Origin: Alphaproteobacteria bacterium
GTDB lineage: Bacteria > Pseudomonadota > Alphaproteobacteria > MPNO01
Length of the DNA stretch: 64,000 bases
Direction of reading: 5' to 3'
NCBI GenBank assembly: GCA_965248835.1
Contig: CBDFLJ010000002.1
Location: 928,001 to 992,000 of the forward strand
A program made the position numbers and the translations under genes. Shown one piece after another: positions 58,754 to 64,000 of the stretch. Position 1 is the first letter of the stretch, and every line of letters begins with the position of its first letter. Under the pieces are notes generated by a model, which saw only the letters and a program-made list of their open reading frames with translations, made no database searches and was not told the origin of the DNA.

Positions 58754-59872
58754 ATGGCCGTCAATCGGATCGCTATCTTCGGTGCCGGTGGGGGCGGCTC
58801 ATCGGCGGCCGCGCATCTGACTACTCTAGGGTTCGAGATACGCCTCTACAGTCAGGATCAGCATGCCTTAGCGCCCCTCCGGAAAATCGGCGGCATCCAC
58901 TATACGGCACCTTTCGGCGACGGATTTGCGCCGTTGGCGCTGATCACCGACGATGCGGAAGCGGCAATGGACGGTGCGGAACTCGTGATGATCGTCAGCC
59001 CCGCTCACCTTCACGAGAAATGGATTTCTGCCGCCGCCCCGCACCTGACCGAGGATCAGGTTCTTTTCGTCTCGCCTGGCCATACGCTCCTGCTCATACC
59101 GCATGTGCTCCGGGAGCATGGTATTGCGCATCCCGTCTTCTGCGAGACCGCGACGCTGCCCTATCTTTGTCGCCGTATAGAACCGGCGAAATGCCGGATT
59201 TCACGGGTGTCGGATTTCATGGTGTTCGGCGGATTTCCCGGACGCGAGACGGAACGGCTTTACGAGGTCGTGAAAACCGTCTACCCGGCGGTGCAGCCTT
59301 TTTCCAATGTGCTCGAGACTGTATTCCCCTATGGCAACGCCATTCACCACCCCCCGGCCGTACTGTGTAATGCGGGTCGCATCGAGGCCACGGGCGGCGA
59401 CTTCCGCCACTATTACGACGGCATCACGCCGTCGGTCGGCCGGCTGATCGATGCCGTCGACCGCGAGCGAGTAGCCGTCGCCGACGCACTCAATGCGCGA
59501 ACCATGCCGTTTGTCGAGCTCTTCTGGCGCATGGGCTATACGACTGACGAAGCGGGTGCCTCCGGCCTTGCCTACGAGGCTTTCCACCAAAGCGAACCCG
59601 ACAGGTGGATCATGGCACCGACAAGCCTCGATCATCGCTACCTGCTCGAAGACGTACCCTACGGCCACCTGATCTATTCGGAACTAGGCCGCATCGCCGG
59701 CGTGTCAACGCCGACGATCGATCACATCATTCACCTGGCATCGGTGATCATGGAGCGGGATTTTCGTGCCGAGGGGTTGACCCTTGCCAAGATGGGACTC
59801 GGCGATATCACCCGCGACGCCTTTCTCGATCTGCTGGAGTACGGATTCGCCGACCGCGACGGCCCTGCGTGA
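58754..59872 (+). CDS. NAD/NADP octopine/nopaline (opine) dehydrogenase family protein
   Basis: IFGAGGGG, ETATLPY, NAIHHPP...NAGRIE, FRHYYDGITP and HRYLLEDVPYG motifs. Confidence 0.9.
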   Translation: MAVNRIAIFGAGGGGSSAAAHLTTLGFEIRLYSQDQHALAPLRKIGGIHYTAPFGDGFAPLALITDDAEAAMDGAELVMIVSPAHLHEKWISAAAPHLTEDQVLFVSPGHTLLLIPHVLREHGIAHPVFCETATLPYLCRRIEPAKCRISRVSDFMVFGGFPGRETERLYEVVKTVYPAVQPFSNVLETVFPYGNAIHHPPAVLCNAGRIEATGGDFRHYYDGITPSVGRLIDAVDRERVAVADALNARTMPFVELFWRMGYTTDEAGASGLAYEAFHQSEPDRWIMAPTSLDHRYLLEDVPYGHLIYSELGRIAGVSTPTIDHIIHLASVIMERDFRAEGLTLAKMGLGDITRDAFLDLLEYGFADRDGPA

Positions 59873-59874
59873 CG

Positions 59875-60080
59875 GTGTTTGCTGCCGGAGGACGTGGTCT
59901 CGGCGCGTGCGTTGCCAGCGCCGCCGCTGCGCGGCCACGTCCGAGGCGTGCATCGAAGGGTTCAGGCTTCATGCCGCCGGCCTCAAGAGCGCGGTCCTCT
60001 ACCACGTGCTCGGACCCGACTGCCTGGTCGCGGTCGATCTGATCGCCGAGCATGTGCGGCCTGCGCTCACCCCCTGGCGG
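59875..60080 (+). pseudogene. Probable C-terminal relic of an LLM oxidoreductase
   Basis: Frameshifted LLPEDVVSAR...TSEACIEGF...AAGLKSAVLYHVLGPD..AVDLIAEHVRPAL parallels the C-terminus of the LLM at 53397. Confidence 0.45.
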
Positions 60081-60125
60081 GCCGGCGACCGGCCGATCCG
60101 AGCGGTCCCACCCGAGCGCTTGCGA

Positions 60126-60731
60126 TTATGCGTCCCAGGCGGCTTGCAAGGCCGGGCGCGCCTCGAGCCGTTCGATATAGGCGGCGAGGTTCGGCTTGTC
60201 GGTCACGTCGATACCGAAGCGCGCAGCGGTGCAGCAGGAGTGCCCGGTCATGATGTCCGCGCCGCTGAACTCTCCGGCCAGGAACTCCCGCCCCTCGAGC
60301 TCGGCATCGACGATGCCCAACATTCTCGTGAGCAGCCGGGTGGCCCGGTCGACATTGACCTGGTTGCGGCGCTCTTCCGGCAGGAGAATGGTTTCCACGA
60401 CGATGGTGTTGATCGGCGGCATGATCATGCCCTCGGCGTAATGCAACCATTGCAGATAGGCCGCGAAGGCCGCCGAACCTACCTCAGGGACAAGCCGGCC
60501 GTTGCCGTATTTTTCGAGAACGTATTGAACGATCGCCCCTGATTCGAAGATCTTGACGTCCCCGTCTTCCAACACCGGTACCCGGCCGAGCGGGTGTACC
60601 GCGAGATACTCCGGTGCCCGCATGGCAGGCTCTCCCAGCTTGTAGCGTTCGAGTTCGTAGGGAATCTCCAGCTCGTTGAGCAGCCAGACGATGCGCACGG
60701 CGCGGGTGTTGGGGGCGTAGTAAATCTTCAT
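60126..60731 (-). CDS. Glutathione S-transferase
   Basis: YLAVHPLGRVPVLEDG, FESGAI and FLAGEFSGADI motifs. Confidence 0.93.
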   Translation of the reverse strand: MKIYYAPNTRAVRIVWLLNELEIPYELERYKLGEPAMRAPEYLAVHPLGRVPVLEDGDVKIFESGAIVQYVLEKYGNGRLVPEVGSAAFAAYLQWLHYAEGMIMPPINTIVVETILLPEERRNQVNVDRATRLLTRMLGIVDAELEGREFLAGEFSGADIMTGHSCCTAARFGIDVTDKPNLAAYIERLEARPALQAAWDA

Positions 60732-61220
60732 GGTTCTCGCTCACTCTTTTCGATGCACCGATCGCTTAGAGCCGGACAATCACGGCCTTGGGGTGCGCGT
60801 GTCCGCTCGGCTTTGACGGCATCCCATTTGATCGGGTGTCTATACGCGATCGGGCGGCATGCTGACGACCCAAATCCCTCGCCGACCTTGCGACCGGGTC
60901 CGATCGACCGCGCTCAGGCGTTCGGGCCACGATCTCGCAGGCGCGGTGGTTTCCGCGGCTCTTCCGCGTGTCGAGATCAGGCATCGGCCGACATTCGGAT
61001 TGGCGTTGCAGGACTCGGGTGAAACTCCGAACCTTACTATTCGGCGCAGCCACCGCCGTCTCGATCGCTGCGCCCGCCGCCGCCACCGGTCTTTGCATCT
61101 GTGATTCGGAGCCGCGCGAGGGCTCACCAGCGGGCATATTCGCACTGGTGATTCACGGCAATCACAGTTCGGTGCTACCTTCGCGCATCTTCACACCGAA
61201 CGCGCAGATGGATTCGTGGC

Positions 61221-62501
61221 ATGACAGCTAAGCCGGCGATTTCGCTCTGGGATGTGACAGCGGAAGAAGTGGATTTTGTACCATCCACACCATCTATGGA
61301 CGGCGACATCGAAACCGATGTGGCGATCGTAGGGGGTGGTTTCACGGGGTTGTCGACGGCGCTGCACGCGGCGGAGCGCGGGCTCGATTGCCATGTGTTG
61401 GAAGCCTGTCGGATCGGTCACGGCGGATCCGGCCGGAATGTCGGTTTGGTGAATGCCGGGCTATGGCTGCCGCCTCAGGATGTGCGTGCCCGCCTCGGCG
61501 ATAAACGCGGGTCGGCGCTGATCAAGGTGCTGGGGGAGGCGCCTGCTTATGTCATGTCGCTGATCGAACGCCACCAGATACGGTGTGAAGCGATGCGCAA
61601 GGGCACCATCCATGCCGCCCACTCGCCGCGCGGCTATGAGGATCTCGCACGCCGGGCGGAAGAGTGGCACCGGCTCGATGCACCCGTCGCGTTGCTGTCC
61701 CGCGCGGAGGCGTCGGCGAAGATCGGCAGCGAAGCGTTTTACGGTGGCCTCGAGGATCACCGCGCCGGCACGATCAATCCGATGGGCTATGTCCGGGGGC
61801 TGGCCCGGGCCGCACTCAGAGCCGGAGCCCGGATATCGATCGGCGTCACGGCGCGCCGCCTCCGCCGCGACAGCGGCCGGTGGATCGTCGATACGAACCG
61901 AGGCCGTGTTTCGGCGCGGGCGGTGGTGCTCGGGACCAACGCCTATACGGACGATCTATGGCCCGGGCTGAAAAAGACATTCACGATCATTCACTTCTTC
62001 CAGGTCGCGACCGTCCCCCTCGGTGATCGTGCGCGGTTTATCCTTCCCGAAGGGCAGGGCCTGTGGGACACCGGCCGGATCATGTTCTCCCTGCGACGGG
62101 ATGCGTTCGGGCGATTGATCGTCGGCTCGATGGGACAGGCGATCGGCGGCGAGAACGGGCTGTCGCAGCGGTGGGCGGCGCGCCGCATCAAGCGGCTTTT
62201 TGCCGCGCTCGGTGCCGTCGAATTCGAGAAAGCATGGCACGGACAGATCGCCATGACTCCCGACCATCTGCCGCGCATCCATCGTTTGGCGGACGGTCTT
62301 TACACACCCATCGGTTATAACGGCCGCGGTATTGCGCCAGGCACGATCTTTGGAAAGGCGATGGCCGAGCTGTTGTCCGACGGTCGGGAAGAAGATCTGC
62401 CGCTGCCCATCTCCGAGCCGAAACGGGTCGCGACGGCTCCGGTCGCGTCGCGCCTTTACCGTGCGGCGTTCACCGCCAATCAGATCGTCGGAGCGTTCTG
62501 A
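61221..62501 (+). CDS. FAD-dependent amine/amino-acid oxidase (DAO superfamily, PuuB/pipecolate-oxidase-like)
   Basis: DVAIVGGGFTGLS, GGSGRNVG, LGTNAY, WHG.IAMT and GYNGRGIAPG motifs. Confidence 0.9.
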   Translation: MTAKPAISLWDVTAEEVDFVPSTPSMDGDIETDVAIVGGGFTGLSTALHAAERGLDCHVLEACRIGHGGSGRNVGLVNAGLWLPPQDVRARLGDKRGSALIKVLGEAPAYVMSLIERHQIRCEAMRKGTIHAAHSPRGYEDLARRAEEWHRLDAPVALLSRAEASAKIGSEAFYGGLEDHRAGTINPMGYVRGLARAALRAGARISIGVTARRLRRDSGRWIVDTNRGRVSARAVVLGTNAYTDDLWPGLKKTFTIIHFFQVATVPLGDRARFILPEGQGLWDTGRIMFSLRRDAFGRLIVGSMGQAIGGENGLSQRWAARRIKRLFAALGAVEFEKAWHGQIAMTPDHLPRIHRLADGLYTPIGYNGRGIAPGTIFGKAMAELLSDGREEDLPLPISEPKRVATAPVASRLYRAAFTANQIVGAF

Positions 62502-62567
62502 AACACTGCCCACTTGGACGGGTCGGGGAATCGGAGACGCGCAACGAACCGAAAACGGGAGAAGCGG

Positions 62568-63320
62568 ATGACGGATCAAACCACGGCCCTGATCACCGGC
62601 GGTGCGCAGGGCATCGGTTATGCCTGTGCCGAAGCGATCGCGGAAAGCGGCGCCAGGATTGCCCTTGCGGACATCAACGCGACCGGAGTCAAGGCCGCCG
62701 CCGAGCGCCTGGGTGACAACACGGTCGCAATAGTTTGCGATATGGGCGACGCTGATCAGATCGAATCGATGTTCGATCGAATCGAAGTCGATCTCGGCCC
62801 GGTTTCGATACTCGTGAACTGCGCCGGAATCGCCGAGCCCAGTGATTTTCTCGAAACTTCCCTGGAGCAGTTCAAGTCGGTGATCGACGTCAATCTCGTC
62901 GGCACCTTTTTGGCGACACAGCGGGCGGCGAAATCGATGATTGCGGCCGGGATCAACGGATCCATCGTCAATATGTCATCGATCAACGCCCAGGTCGCGA
63001 TCCCTACGGTCGCAGCTTATTGCGCTTCGAAGGGCGGTGTTATGCAGCTCACCAAGTCGAGCGCCCTCGCTCTCGCCCCGTATGGCATCCGGGTCAATGC
63101 GGTCGGGCCAGGATCAATCGATACGGCAATGATGGCGGCTGTCAACGCCGATCCCGAAGCGATGAAGGTGGCGATGTCGCGGACACCGCTCAAACGCATG
63201 GGAAGCCCGCGCGAGATCGGCGATGTCGTTGCGTTTCTGGCAAGCGAAAAGGCGAGCTATATCACCGGCGAAACCGTCTACGTGGATGGCGGACGGCTCG
63301 GGCTGAACTACACCTGTTGA
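62568..63320 (+). CDS. Short-chain dehydrogenase/reductase
   Basis: TGGAQGIG, NCAG, YCASK and IRVNAVGPG motifs. Confidence 0.92.
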   Translation: MTDQTTALITGGAQGIGYACAEAIAESGARIALADINATGVKAAAERLGDNTVAIVCDMGDADQIESMFDRIEVDLGPVSILVNCAGIAEPSDFLETSLEQFKSVIDVNLVGTFLATQRAAKSMIAAGINGSIVNMSSINAQVAIPTVAAYCASKGGVMQLTKSSALALAPYGIRVNAVGPGSIDTAMMAAVNADPEAMKVAMSRTPLKRMGSPREIGDVVAFLASEKASYITGETVYVDGGRLGLNYTC

Positions 63321-63347
63321 TCGCACGCGGCGAGGAAGTGAAGCGTG

Positions 63348-64000
63348 ATGGCGCACCAGGGTCTGGAGAGATTGCCGTTCTTCAACGAAGCCGCAATCGC
63401 TGGCGTTCTGGAATGGGGACCGCTGATCGATGTTTTCGAACAAGCGATGATCTCGTTTTCCGCCGGCAGGGTGGCACAGCCGGTACGCCAGATTGTGCCG
63501 GTGCCGGGCCACGATGCGATTATCGCGGCGATGCCCGCTGTCGGCGATGCGATGGCAGTCAAGGTCGTTACCCTCTACCACGACAACGCCGGCACCGACT
63601 TTCCGACCCATCAGGCAGTGATCCTCGTGTTCGACAAGGATAACGGTGCGCCGGTTGCGGTCCTTGACGGCCGCCTGATCACTGAAATGAGGACGGCGGC
63701 GGGATCGGCTGCGGCGGCGCGCAAGCTTTCGGTTCCGGGGCCGGAGGTGGTTACCATCATGGGCAGCGGCGTTCAGGCGCGCGCCCACGCCAGTGCGTTG
63801 GCGACGGTCAGACCACTGGGCGAGCTCCGGCTCTGGGCCCGCACGGAGACAACCGGCCGTGCCGTTGCCGAGGAGATCGGCGCAGTTTTTTTCGGCGATG
63901 CCGAGCAGGCGGTGCGCGATGCCGACATCGTCGCTTGCACGACATCGGCCAAGACTCCCATCCTCAACGGGGACTGGCTGAAATCCGGCGTTTTCGTGAC
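63348..64000 (+). CDS. Ornithine cyclodeaminase/mu-crystallin (ketimine reductase) family protein, 3' end off the window
   Basis: Translated manually: QPVRQIVP, AAMPA, VKVVT, PTHQA, LDGRLITEMRTAAGSA, MGSGVQARAH and ADIVACTT. Confidence 0.9.
   Translation, partial: MAHQGLERLPFFNEAAIAGVLEWGPLIDVFEQAMISFSAGRVAQPVRQIVPVPGHDAIIAAMPAVGDAMAVKVVTLYHDNAGTDFPTHQAVILVFDKDNGAPVAVLDGRLITEMRTAAGSAAAARKLSVPGPEVVTIMGSGVQARAHASALATVRPLGELRLWARTETTGRAVAEEIGAVFFGDAEQAVRDADIVACTTSAKTPILNGDWLKSGVFV

Noticed and set aside
60840-61110. Possible decayed HiPIP-like gene (ACEIVA string on the minus strand)
   Set aside because: Only a short motif; the other Cys ligands cannot be placed in a consistent frame.
1-64000. 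CRISPR arrays, tRNA/rRNA genes, known riboswitches
   Set aside because: No regularly spaced repeats or recognisable RNA gene signatures were seen by eye; a covariance-model scan would be needed to exclude small RNAs.

Overview
GC-rich bacterial DNA, probably alphaproteobacterial judging by gene content. It is almost entirely catabolic and redox genes: three Rieske oxygenases, four xanthine-dehydrogenase-family molybdenum subunits (one in a Tat-exported complex with a cytochrome b), two acyl-CoA ligases, an OYE/FadH-like reductase, ring-cleavage enzymes, ABC/TRAP/TAXI transport components, and amino-acid/imine oxidoreductases. No recognisable transcriptional regulator, rRNA, tRNA or CRISPR array was seen. 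The best-supported hidden feature is a probable selenoprotein that the ORF track splits in two (3874..5508): an in-frame TGA sits in a U-S-T-C motif and is followed by a SECIS-like hairpin, and the gene is translationally coupled to a thioredoxin-reductase-like gene. Other notable items are an AprA/AprB-like flavoprotein-ferredoxin pair cotranscribed with an atypical adenylate-forming enzyme, and a fused VOC pseudo-dimer with complementary loss of metal ligands. An intact-looking IS630 disrupts a dctP gene, and there are many deletion scars and relics (IS5, IS1380, integrase, a MetE-like/Rieske chimera). All product calls come from motifs read by eye; no database searches were run.
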